The position numbers were made by a program, and so were the translations under genes. Positions 49,347-57,861 of a stretch of 64,000 bases of DNA are shown here, piece by piece. Below the pieces are notes generated by a model. It was not told the DNA's origin. It saw nothing but the letters and a program-made list of their open reading frames with translations, and ran no database searches. The stretch's first letter is position 1; every line of letters begins with the position of its first letter. The DNA comes from Myxococcota bacterium (GTDB lineage Bacteria > Myxococcota_A > UBA796 > GCA-2862545), in contig JBCCQY010000021.1 in NCBI GenBank assembly GCA_039208735.1, forward strand, positions 1 to 64,000, in the 5' to 3' direction.

Positions 49347-49967
49347 TCACGAGTGCTCCGAGGCAGCCCGGTCCAGGTCCGTGGTCAGGCCATTGAGCAC
49401 CACATCTAGGCTCGCCAGGGCGCAGCTTAGAGCCCTCGGACCATCCGGTTGGGTCGCCACCCACAAAGCGAGTTCCATCATCGCCCCCATCAGGATGCGA
49501 GCCAGTGGGTCAACGGGCGCCTTGCGGAGCCGACCATCGTTCATCAACCCCTCCAATACATCTTGGAGAGGGGCCACGAACCGCGCATCGATGTCGCGGA
49601 GCCGCTGGCCAAGGACGGCGGGGGCCTCTTGAAAGACGATCCTCTGCAGATCGGGCTCAATGGCCAGGTGCAGGTATCGTTGGCATCCCGCGACCAGACC
49701 ACGCCATGGATCGGGTTCTTCCGCGAAATCCCTCACCAAGCGCTGCCCCATCTCGTCGAAGATCTCGACCACCACCGCCTCGAGTAGACCAGGTTTGCCG
49801 CCAAAATGGTGGTACAGCGCTCCGCGCGTAAGGCCGACGGTGGCACAAAGTTCGTCCATCGAGGTCGCGGCATAGCCAACCTCCCGGAACATCTGGCGGG
49901 CGGCCGCAAGGAGCTTCCGCGTCGTCACAGCACTCATTTGAGCTCGGGATTGCCGCTTTCTAGGCAC
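49347..49967 (-). CDS. TetR/AcrR-family transcriptional regulator
   Basis: LLAAARQMFREVGYAATS..GLTRGALYHHFGGK, EAPAVLG. Confidence 0.92.
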   Translation of the reverse strand: MPRKRQSRAQMSAVTTRKLLAAARQMFREVGYAATSMDELCATVGLTRGALYHHFGGKPGLLEAVVVEIFDEMGQRLVRDFAEEPDPWRGLVAGCQRYLHLAIEPDLQRIVFQEAPAVLGQRLRDIDARFVAPLQDVLEGLMNDGRLRKAPVDPLARILMGAMMELALWVATQPDGPRALSCALASLDVVLNGLTTDLDRAASEHS

Positions 49968-50017
49968 CTTCACCTCACGTTCGAGTCGCGTCCATGACCG
50001 AAGCCCCATGCTCCATC

Positions 50018-50056
50018 AACATACGACGGGTATGTTATTATCATACGCGGCGTATG
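50018..50056. promoter_or_regulatory. Twin palindromic operators, probable TetR sites
   Basis: AACATAC-GACGG-GTATGTT (50018-50036) and CATACG-CGG-CGTATG (50042-50056). Confidence 0.8.
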
Positions 50057-50277
50057 CCAAGGAGATCCTTTTGGCCAAAAAGGGAATCCTGAAAGCTGCT
50101 TTCACGACTCTGCGATGATCTATCGCTTCTTCTTCCGAATTCCCGTGCCGAACCATCGCGCACGACCGGGGCCGCTGGACCCTGACCGTCACCTCCGCCT
50201 CGCGGCCGCGCACCCTAAGCCTCGCCGATCCGTCCGAGGTCCGCCGACTGCTCCACCGCGGCCAAGGCCGGCGGGCG

Positions 50278-53100
50278 CTACGCAGGGTGGGCCAGCGTGA
50301 GCTCCACCTCTACCAGTCGCCTCTGGATGCGGGGTCCTAAGCCAACAGGCTCGGACGTGACGATGTTCCTCGCCGCAGCCACCGAGGCCATCGCGCTCGT
50401 GCGATCGCCGCGGGCCAGCTGGAGCCGGGCTTCCACGACCAATAGGTCCACCCGCGAAGGACCGGGACACCCACGCGGGAACTGCCGCCTTCCCTCCTCG
50501 AGGTCTCGTTCGGCGTCGTCGAGTCGGTTCTTGGCCAGCCCGGCCTCGGCGAGGCGAGCGAGTACGAACGCCAGATCCACGGCCGAGCCCGCGATTCGGA
50601 GGGTCGATAGGGCTTCGTGGAGTACGCGGAGCGCGTCCTCGACATCGCCGTCGTCGAGCAGCAGCATCCCGAGTCGGCCGAGATTCCATCCGGCGGACCG
50701 GTGAGCGCCCGCGCGTCGCGCCATGTCGATCGCAGAGCGGAAGAGCTCTTTCGCGAGGTCTTGATCGCCGTTGTCGGCGGCAAAGAGGGCCTGGTTGCCC
50801 ATCACGAGCACGCGAGCCACATCGTCGTCTCGGTCCTCGGCCCAGGACAGCGCACGCTCGTGCCACTGGGTCGCCCGCGTTGCATCACCGATCATCGCGT
50901 AAGCGGAGCCGAGATTGACGGCTACAGCCGTGTCCCTCGGGTAGGGATGGTCTTCGAGGAGCGACTCGTACTCCGTGATGGCCTTCTCGTAGTCGCCGCT
51001 GTTCAGGTACTGCTTGGCGAGGCGAGCCCTTGCTAGCCAGACCCCTGCTTCATCTCCGTTCGCCTCTCCGAGCTGTCGCGCTTCCAGCAGGAACTCCCGC
51101 GCCAGCTCCGGCTCGTCGGGCCAGGCCGCGAAGGCTCGGCTTGCCAGAGCCTTGCCGAGCAGAACGGGATTCCCGAGCTCGCGCGCGGCTTCGAGGGCAA
51201 GATCGTAGTTTGTCCGTGCATCGTGGGGTGATCCGGCGAGAACCTGGGCTTCACCCGCGATTCGAGCGACCCGTACGAGATCCGGGAGCTCGTGGCACAG
51301 GGGAAGAGTCCGAAGGGCAAGCTCGACCCCTGTGTCGAACTGCCCGGCCCGACGAAGCAGGCACCAAGCCGTGAACAGCAGCACCGGGTCCACCTGTTTC
51401 TCCTCGACGGCACGGCGACACGCGACGACGAGGTTCCGCATCTCGGCGATCGGCCACTCGCGAGGCGCCGCGAAGTAGTCCCGGTGACGGAGTCGCGCCG
51501 CCCGCAGCACCGGCTTGTCGGTCTCGTCCTCGACGAATCGACGCACAACGCGCAGGAGATCGAATCGGCCCGACGGTCGTCTGCGCACCCAGCTCCACTC
51601 CACCAACAGGTGGATCGTCGCCGCGACTGGCGTGGGCCCTTGGACGACCGCTGCTGCAGCCTCGAGGGTGAAGCCTCCGTCGAAGACGGACAGCTGGCCC
51701 AGGACACTTCGGGGGACGGCATCCAGCCGACGAAACGACCACGCGAGCGTGGCGGTGAGCGATCGGTGCCGCGAGGCTCGACCAGCCTCGCGCGCCTGTG
51801 GAAGCTCGCCGGAGCCCTCGAGTTCGGTTGCAAGGTCCTCCAACGGCAAAGCCGTGGCCAGCGCGGCCACGAGCTCGATTCCGAGCGGTAGACCGTCCAT
51901 GGCGCTGACGATTCGCACCAGCGACGCTCGGTTGTCGACCGTGAGGCGGAAACTCCCCGACCGGTCCCCGGCCCGTCGCAGCAGGAGCGTGATGGCCTCG
52001 CTCGCGAGAGCTGCGCCGAACGAGTCGTTGCTGGGCACCGGCAGAGGCCCAAGCCGAACCTGGCGGTCACCCCGTATGCCAAGCGGGCGTCGGCAGGTCA
52101 CCAGCAGGGTGAGCCCCGAACACACGTCGAGCCAGGTCGTGGCGAGCTGAGCTAGCTCTGCGGCGACACCATCGCAGTCGTTCAGACAAAGCAGTAGCGG
52201 ACTGCTCGTGTCGAGTACGCCGACCATCCGGTGGTCCGAGGCCGATGCGTCGGGGGCGCAACCCAGGGCCGTCGTGATCGCGTTGCGTACGTCCTGTTCG
52301 TTCTGCGCATCGGCGAGCTCGACCCAGCGGATCGTCCGGTCCGAGACGGGCTGCAGCCGATGGAGGAATTCGAGGGCCACGCGGCTCTTCCCCACACCGC
52401 CCGGGCCCGTGATCGTAATCATGCGGCGCGTCAGCACAGCCTCTCGTAGGACCTCCAGGTCTCGCTCGCGGCCAACGAAGCCGTCCCGGGGAACCGAAAG
52501 ACCGGGATTCGCGTCACTGCGTGGTGACGGTAAGGCGAGCCGATAGCCCCGGCCGTATTCCGACAGCAGGTTGACCGGAGACTTCGGGTCGGCCTCGACC
52601 TTCTGGCGCAGGCGGTAGACGGTGCTGGAGACGGCCCGCGTGCGTACGCTCGGCATGTAGCCCCATACCTTCTGCAGGAGTTCCCGCTCGGGGACCACCT
52701 CGTCGAGGTTGCGGGCGAGGAAGCGGATGAGTGCGACCTCGTTCGCGGTAAGCGACAGCACACTACCGTCGTTGCGCATCGCCGCCCGCGTCTCCAGGTC
52801 GACGGTGGCCCCTGACAGGCGGAGGGTCCCGAGGCTGAAGAGGCCTCTCAGCCGCTCGATGACCTTGGGTACGCCTTCGAAGGCCACTATTGGAACGTCG
52901 GGGCGTTCGAAGTCGATGCGGTTGCGCACGTCGTTGCGGGTGAGGTTGGCTACGACCGCGTCGATCGGCACCCGGTCGAGCCGCCTTCGGAGGTCCTCCA
53001 CGCCGGACAGCACCAGCTCGAGCCCCTCGCGCCACACCGCGGACCGCAGCTCGCTGTGTTCGGATTCAGGAACACCCACGACGAGGATTCGACTCATCAT
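50278..53100 (-). CDS. Pseudo-receiver + OmpR-type wHTH + STAND-like ATPase (COG3903-type) + TPR regulator
   Basis: LTANEVALIRFL..LRQKVEADP..GRGYRL; FVGRE, GPGGVGKS, LVTCR, DGLPLGIEL, LSVFDGGF; TPR helices. Confidence 0.9.
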   Translation of the reverse strand: MMSRILVVGVPESEHSELRSAVWREGLELVLSGVEDLRRRLDRVPIDAVVANLTRNDVRNRIDFERPDVPIVAFEGVPKVIERLRGLFSLGTLRLSGATVDLETRAAMRNDGSVLSLTANEVALIRFLARNLDEVVPERELLQKVWGYMPSVRTRAVSSTVYRLRQKVEADPKSPVNLLSEYGRGYRLALPSPRSDANPGLSVPRDGFVGRERDLEVLREAVLTRRMITITGPGGVGKSRVALEFLHRLQPVSDRTIRWVELADAQNEQDVRNAITTALGCAPDASASDHRMVGVLDTSSPLLLCLNDCDGVAAELAQLATTWLDVCSGLTLLVTCRRPLGIRGDRQVRLGPLPVPSNDSFGAALASEAITLLLRRAGDRSGSFRLTVDNRASLVRIVSAMDGLPLGIELVAALATALPLEDLATELEGSGELPQAREAGRASRHRSLTATLAWSFRRLDAVPRSVLGQLSVFDGGFTLEAAAAVVQGPTPVAATIHLLVEWSWVRRRPSGRFDLLRVVRRFVEDETDKPVLRAARLRHRDYFAAPREWPIAEMRNLVVACRRAVEEKQVDPVLLFTAWCLLRRAGQFDTGVELALRTLPLCHELPDLVRVARIAGEAQVLAGSPHDARTNYDLALEAARELGNPVLLGKALASRAFAAWPDEPELAREFLLEARQLGEANGDEAGVWLARARLAKQYLNSGDYEKAITEYESLLEDHPYPRDTAVAVNLGSAYAMIGDATRATQWHERALSWAEDRDDDVARVLVMGNQALFAADNGDQDLAKELFRSAIDMARRAGAHRSAGWNLGRLGMLLLDDGDVEDALRVLHEALSTLRIAGSAVDLAFVLARLAEAGLAKNRLDDAERDLEEGRRQFPRGCPGPSRVDLLVVEARLQLARGDRTSAMASVAAARNIVTSEPVGLGPRIQRRLVEVELTLAHPA

Positions 53101-53293
53101 CGGGCGCCGCCACGATTCGGTTGGAAGGATGGTGATGACATCGCAGAAGCTCCCTGCGACAATCCTGTCACAAACGCTATCATCGATCGATGTCAGTTTG
53201 CTTCAAGTGACCGGGATCGGTCGCTTGATGGAGGCAGGTGCAGGTCCTCTGGGCCGGCATGAGCATGGCCCTGTTCTGACATGGAGAGCAATC

Positions 53294-56200
53294 ATGAAAC
53301 GACTTCTTGCCTTGCTGGGGGTGCTCCTTGCACCCTCGGCGGCGTATGCGGACTACTTCGTGGGGTCCGACACAACCGGTGACGGTAATATCGATACCTG
53401 CACCGCCTTTGCTGCCGGAAGCCTTCAAGCCGCAGTCGACAACTATGAGTCGAGCTTGGCCGATTGGCTGCTCGTCGAGGGGCCCAACATCGAGAGTGCG
53501 GAGGTTTCGGTCAGCCCGACGCCTCCCAACACGTTCCTCGAGGTCAGGATGCAACCCGACAACGGGATCTGTGGGTCCGGATTGCTGGGCGGAAGTATCT
53601 CCCGTGCCGCTTCGCCGTCGGGGCGCCTCTTCAACGTCGACGACGCAACGTTGACCCTCGTCAATCTCGGGATCTCGGGCGGCGATGACACCAATGGTGG
53701 GACCATTCTCGTCAACGATGGCGCGCTGCGGCTGCGCCGCACCACGGTAAGTGGAGGCAGCGCGGACGTCGACGGCGGTTGCATCCACAGCACCAACTCG
53801 ACCGTGACCATGAGTGGCGACCCGCCGTCGGAGGTCCGGGACTGCACCGCCACCGAGGACGGCGGGGGCCTCTACTTCGACGGAGGCAGCGGTACGCTTC
53901 AGTTGGTCACGAACAACGACGCGAACAGGGACGGCGGTGGTGTGTATGCCGTCAACGGAGCGAATGTCCTTGCTATCTCGACCATTTCGGAGAACTCGGC
54001 CGAAGAGCACGGGGGTGGTGTCCGCGTGAGCGACGCGACCTTCACGCTCGAGGCAAGTACCATCTCCGAGAACTACGCGGAGCTGAACGGAGGCGGTATT
54101 CACGCCGACTCGAACAGCACCATCGACGTGATCCCGAAGGTGGCCTACGAGGCGCGGGACGGATGCGACGGCGTCAGCACTGCCGTGGCGCTGATCCAGG
54201 GCAACGGAGCCGGCTTCGACGACGGCGGCAACGAGGTTCCCGGCAACCTTCAGGACGGCGGCGGCATCTTCCTCGACCAGTCGACGCTGTTCGTCGACGG
54301 GATTTGGACGCCGAGCCCCGTCACTCGGAACCCGGCCGGGATCCGGCTGAACCAGGCGACGCAGAATGGCGGTGGGATCGCTGCCACCAACGGGAGCAAG
54401 GTCACGACGAAGGTCACCGACATCGCCCAGAATGACGCTCTGTATGGAGATGGCGGTGGCGTCTACGTCGACGCCTCGTTGGCCCAGTACGACATCGTCG
54501 ACCCTCGCGGTCTCTATGGCACGTGGATCGATCGCAACGGGGCGGCTGGTGATGGTGGTGGCATGCGGGTGACGGGGCCGGCCAGCACCGCTGGCATCTA
54601 CTACCAGGTCTTCGTGGCCAGCGAGTACCAGGCCTATTGGGACACGAACTGGTTCCCGGACGATGAGCCCATGTGTCCCGGCCACATGTTTCCGCCAACG
54701 GCGCCCGGGCAGGACGAGAAGTCGTTTCTCGGAATGCCCGAGAACGTTGGTCCTCCTCGGATTTCCAACATCGCAGACCAACACGGCGGGGGTGCCGCTG
54801 TCGACGGGGGCGCGTCACTCGAGCTGGGCGCAGACACCCGCAAGAACCTGGCCAACGCGGTGTACGATGGGAGCGGAACGGGCCAGGGGGGTGGAATCCA
54901 CGTCGATCTCGGTGTCTTGGACGTGGAGCTTAACGACCCGCGCCACCTGCCTCCGATCGGGAATCCGAACCACCTGGACGAGCTCGCGATCAGCGGCAAC
55001 GCGGCGCACGATGGCGGCGGTCTCTGGCTCGACGATACGACCGTCGATCTGCCTGACGACCTCAAGATCCGGGAGAACCGTGTCAACGGCGAGGGTGGAG
55101 GCGCCTACGTCGCAGTGGATGCCGTGGTGACGTCGAGCGCCGACTTCACGAGCAATGGGTCGGCCCCCGACAACCCTGGGACGCCGGAAGACGAGGAGAT
55201 CCAGACCCAGCGTGGCGGAGGCATGGCGGTCGTGGGTGGCGACGTGGCGGTCGAGTCCGAGAGCCACTGGCTGACCAACAAGGCCACCCTGGGCGGAGGT
55301 TTGTCCGTCACCGGCAGTACCGCGCTCGTGACGTTTGGCGCAGACACCTACGTGCAGCAGAACCGTGCCGAGGATCTCGTGGGCATGGCCGATGGTCACG
55401 GCGGTGGCGCCTACGTCGACGGCGCGGGCACCCTCGAACTCGACGGCAATGCAGGGTTCAGCTTCAACGTGGCCACCGACGATGGCGGAGGCATCGCGGT
55501 GGATGGCGGCACTGCCACCGTTTACGACGCGACCCTTCAGGAGAACGAGGCCGATCTGGGAGGAGGGGCCCACATCACGTCGGGTACGCTCACCATGCGG
55601 GAGGCCACGCTCCAGGCCAACGAGGCACGCACGAGCGGCGGCGGTCTGTACGCGGGCGGCGGAACCGTGGCGATCGGTGACGGCGATCCGAACACCGCGG
55701 TGTGCAGCACCGGCGGACCCTGTGTAAAGTTCGACGGCAACTTGGCCGTCGACAACAAGACCACACCGACGGCGGGCCACGGGGGCGGCATCACCGTGGC
55801 CGGGAGCGTCGACCTCGATCTCGTACGGGTCTTGCTCTCGGAGAACGAGGCCGTGTCGGATGGCGCTGCCCTCTATCTGACGGACCCAGGCGCAGATGCC
55901 GACCTGTTCAACGTGGCGATCGTGTCCAATGGTGGCTTCGATGTCCTGACCAACGTCCCCGCGGTCCAGGTGGATGATGGAGACCTGACCTGCAACTACT
56001 GCACTTCCGGCCACAATGATCATGCCTTCGAGTTCGCCGGGGCCAACGGGTCGACCCTCGAGCTGTTCGGGTCGGTCGTGGCCGACCACGCGCCAGCCGC
56101 AGAGTTCCTCGGGACGGGCACGATCACCGGCGACTGTATCGTCGTGGAGACCACCACAGCCCAGACGGCCTTTGGGGGCACCGACGTCGCTGTCGACGCG

Positions 56201-57847
56201 GGCATCGACGTGGACCACCTCACGGGCAGGCCCGACGAGGATGCTGGAACCATCGGCGAGCTCGTCTACCAGTGCGCCACAGGACCCGATGTCGACATCG
56301 AAGGTCAGGATCGACCGACCGCTGCGCTCACCGACCGCGACCGAGGCGCCTACGAGCTCGACTGCGGTGATGGCGTCAAGCAGGCGTGGGAAGAGTGCGA
56401 CGATGGCAATGATGTCGACGAGGATGAGTGCCTAAACACCTGTGTAGACTGGTCATGCGGCGACAGTGTAGTGCGGACAGGGGTCGAGGAGTGCGACGAC
56501 GGCAACGCCGTTGGAGGCGACGGCTGCAGCGCCACGTGCCAGCTCGAGGTCTGCGGCAACAACGTCGTCGATGTCGGGGAGGAGTGCGACGACGGCAACA
56601 CCACCAGCGGTGATGGCTGCAGCGACATTTGTGAGATCGAGGCTGGTTGTGGCGACGGCAACGTCGACCCGGGTGAGGACTGCGACGACGGCAACACCAG
56701 CGACGGCGACGGCTGCAGCTCCACCTGCACGCTGGAGGGGGTGATCGGGATCAACGGCAACTACTGCCAGTACAACACGCTCGATGCCGCAGTCATGGCG
56801 GCGAGCGCCAACGACGTCATCCATGTGGGCGCCGATCTCTCGGGCGCCGCAGGCTCGATCTCGGTCAGCATGCCAAATAACCTCACGGTGCAGTCGGCCA
56901 CCGACGACTGCACGCAGTACAACGCGGTCCCCCGCGGGCTGCTCCTGCTCGGCAACACGTTTGTGGCCACGGGAACGCTGGACTTCACGGCACGGAGCCT
57001 CGACGTCTTTGGCGGGGGAGCCAACACCGTGACCTCCACCGGGGGTGTGCTGATCCTCGACGCGCTGAACGTGGACGGTGGGGCGGGAGATGCCGTGGTC
57101 GTCACCGACACCGACCTCGACATCCTGCTCTCGCAGATCAACAACAACCTCGGCGTCGGTGTCGTGGTGGATGAGGTCTCGGGCACGTCTACGGCGACGA
57201 TCACCGACACCAAGCTCGACGGCAACGACCAGGCGGTCGTGGTGGATGCCGGGACCGTCACCCTTGAGGACTCCGAGGTGTACAACCAGGTCTCCGCCCC
57301 GGCGGTGACCGCCACCGACTCCGCGGCGACGCTGACCGTCCGGCGCACCCGACTGCAGAACAACGCCGGTGCGGCAGCGTTCACCGGCTCGGCGGCCCAT
57401 GCCTCGGGTGGCGGCGATGTGCACCTGATCAACGCGCTCGTGACCGGGCACCCTGCCGGTGGGCCCGCAATCGGAGCCGAGGACGCAGGCTCGCTCATGG
57501 ACGTGCTGCACGGCACCATCACCGACAACGGCTTCCGAGGCATGGAGGTCACGGCGGGCGCAGACTTGGTGATCACGAACAGCATCGACGGCGGCAACGG
57601 GGCCGCGAGCCGGACGGCTGCGGGCACCACGTTGACCGCGGACTGCGTGAACATGACGCCGCCCGTGGGCGGAGGCACCAAGAGCAGCACTGCGCCGATC
57701 CTCAACGCCAACGCGTTGTTCAACACCGACTACACGCTGGACCCGGCCAGCCCGTCGGTCGATCAGTGCACAACCGGTACACGGCCGGACCTGGCCGGAG
57801 ACCCGGTGAACGGAGACTATGACCAGGGCTGCTTCGAGGTGCAGTAG
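53294..57847 (+). CDS. Large secreted beta-helix protein (Pmp-like GG repeats) with DUF4215 Cys-rich repeats
   Basis: Start moved to MKRLLALLGVLLAPSAAYA (GGAG RBS); many N.A...GGG[ILV] repeats; EECDDGN repeats; DRGAYE and DQGCFE motifs. Confidence 0.85.
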   Translation: MKRLLALLGVLLAPSAAYADYFVGSDTTGDGNIDTCTAFAAGSLQAAVDNYESSLADWLLVEGPNIESAEVSVSPTPPNTFLEVRMQPDNGICGSGLLGGSISRAASPSGRLFNVDDATLTLVNLGISGGDDTNGGTILVNDGALRLRRTTVSGGSADVDGGCIHSTNSTVTMSGDPPSEVRDCTATEDGGGLYFDGGSGTLQLVTNNDANRDGGGVYAVNGANVLAISTISENSAEEHGGGVRVSDATFTLEASTISENYAELNGGGIHADSNSTIDVIPKVAYEARDGCDGVSTAVALIQGNGAGFDDGGNEVPGNLQDGGGIFLDQSTLFVDGIWTPSPVTRNPAGIRLNQATQNGGGIAATNGSKVTTKVTDIAQNDALYGDGGGVYVDASLAQYDIVDPRGLYGTWIDRNGAAGDGGGMRVTGPASTAGIYYQVFVASEYQAYWDTNWFPDDEPMCPGHMFPPTAPGQDEKSFLGMPENVGPPRISNIADQHGGGAAVDGGASLELGADTRKNLANAVYDGSGTGQGGGIHVDLGVLDVELNDPRHLPPIGNPNHLDELAISGNAAHDGGGLWLDDTTVDLPDDLKIRENRVNGEGGGAYVAVDAVVTSSADFTSNGSAPDNPGTPEDEEIQTQRGGGMAVVGGDVAVESESHWLTNKATLGGGLSVTGSTALVTFGADTYVQQNRAEDLVGMADGHGGGAYVDGAGTLELDGNAGFSFNVATDDGGGIAVDGGTATVYDATLQENEADLGGGAHITSGTLTMREATLQANEARTSGGGLYAGGGTVAIGDGDPNTAVCSTGGPCVKFDGNLAVDNKTTPTAGHGGGITVAGSVDLDLVRVLLSENEAVSDGAALYLTDPGADADLFNVAIVSNGGFDVLTNVPAVQVDDGDLTCNYCTSGHNDHAFEFAGANGSTLELFGSVVADHAPAAEFLGTGTITGDCIVVETTTAQTAFGGTDVAVDAGIDVDHLTGRPDEDAGTIGELVYQCATGPDVDIEGQDRPTAALTDRDRGAYELDCGDGVKQAWEECDDGNDVDEDECLNTCVDWSCGDSVVRTGVEECDDGNAVGGDGCSATCQLEVCGNNVVDVGEECDDGNTTSGDGCSDICEIEAGCGDGNVDPGEDCDDGNTSDGDGCSSTCTLEGVIGINGNYCQYNTLDAAVMAASANDVIHVGADLSGAAGSISVSMPNNLTVQSATDDCTQYNAVPRGLLLLGNTFVATGTLDFTARSLDVFGGGANTVTSTGGVLILDALNVDGGAGDAVVVTDTDLDILLSQINNNLGVGVVVDEVSGTSTATITDTKLDGNDQAVVVDAGTVTLEDSEVYNQVSAPAVTATDSAATLTVRRTRLQNNAGAAAFTGSAAHASGGGDVHLINALVTGHPAGGPAIGAEDAGSLMDVLHGTITDNGFRGMEVTAGADLVITNSIDGGNGAASRTAAGTTLTADCVNMTPPVGGGTKSSTAPILNANALFNTDYTLDPASPSVDQCTTGTRPDLAGDPVNGDYDQGCFEVQ
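56363..56737 (+). repeat. Four tandem Myxococcus Cys-rich (DUF4215) repeats
   Basis: CG[DN]...E[ED]CDDGN....D.C...C occurs four times. Confidence 0.9.
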
Positions 57848-57861
57848 TCGCTGGACCCGCT

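Noticed and set aside
52709..53293. N-terminal extension of the 1712-aa ORF
   Set aside because: It overlaps the opposite-strand regulator. The signal peptide and RBS are at 53294.
56363..56737. Repeated GAGTGCGACGACGGCAAC units as a possible CRISPR array
   Set aside because: They are in-frame protein repeats (EECDDGN) with homologous intervening sequence, and there are no cas genes.
53180..57726. Long antisense ORFs (534, 467, 352, 321 aa) and similar ones elsewhere in the window
   Set aside because: Shadow ORFs of GC-rich coding strands, with no motifs.
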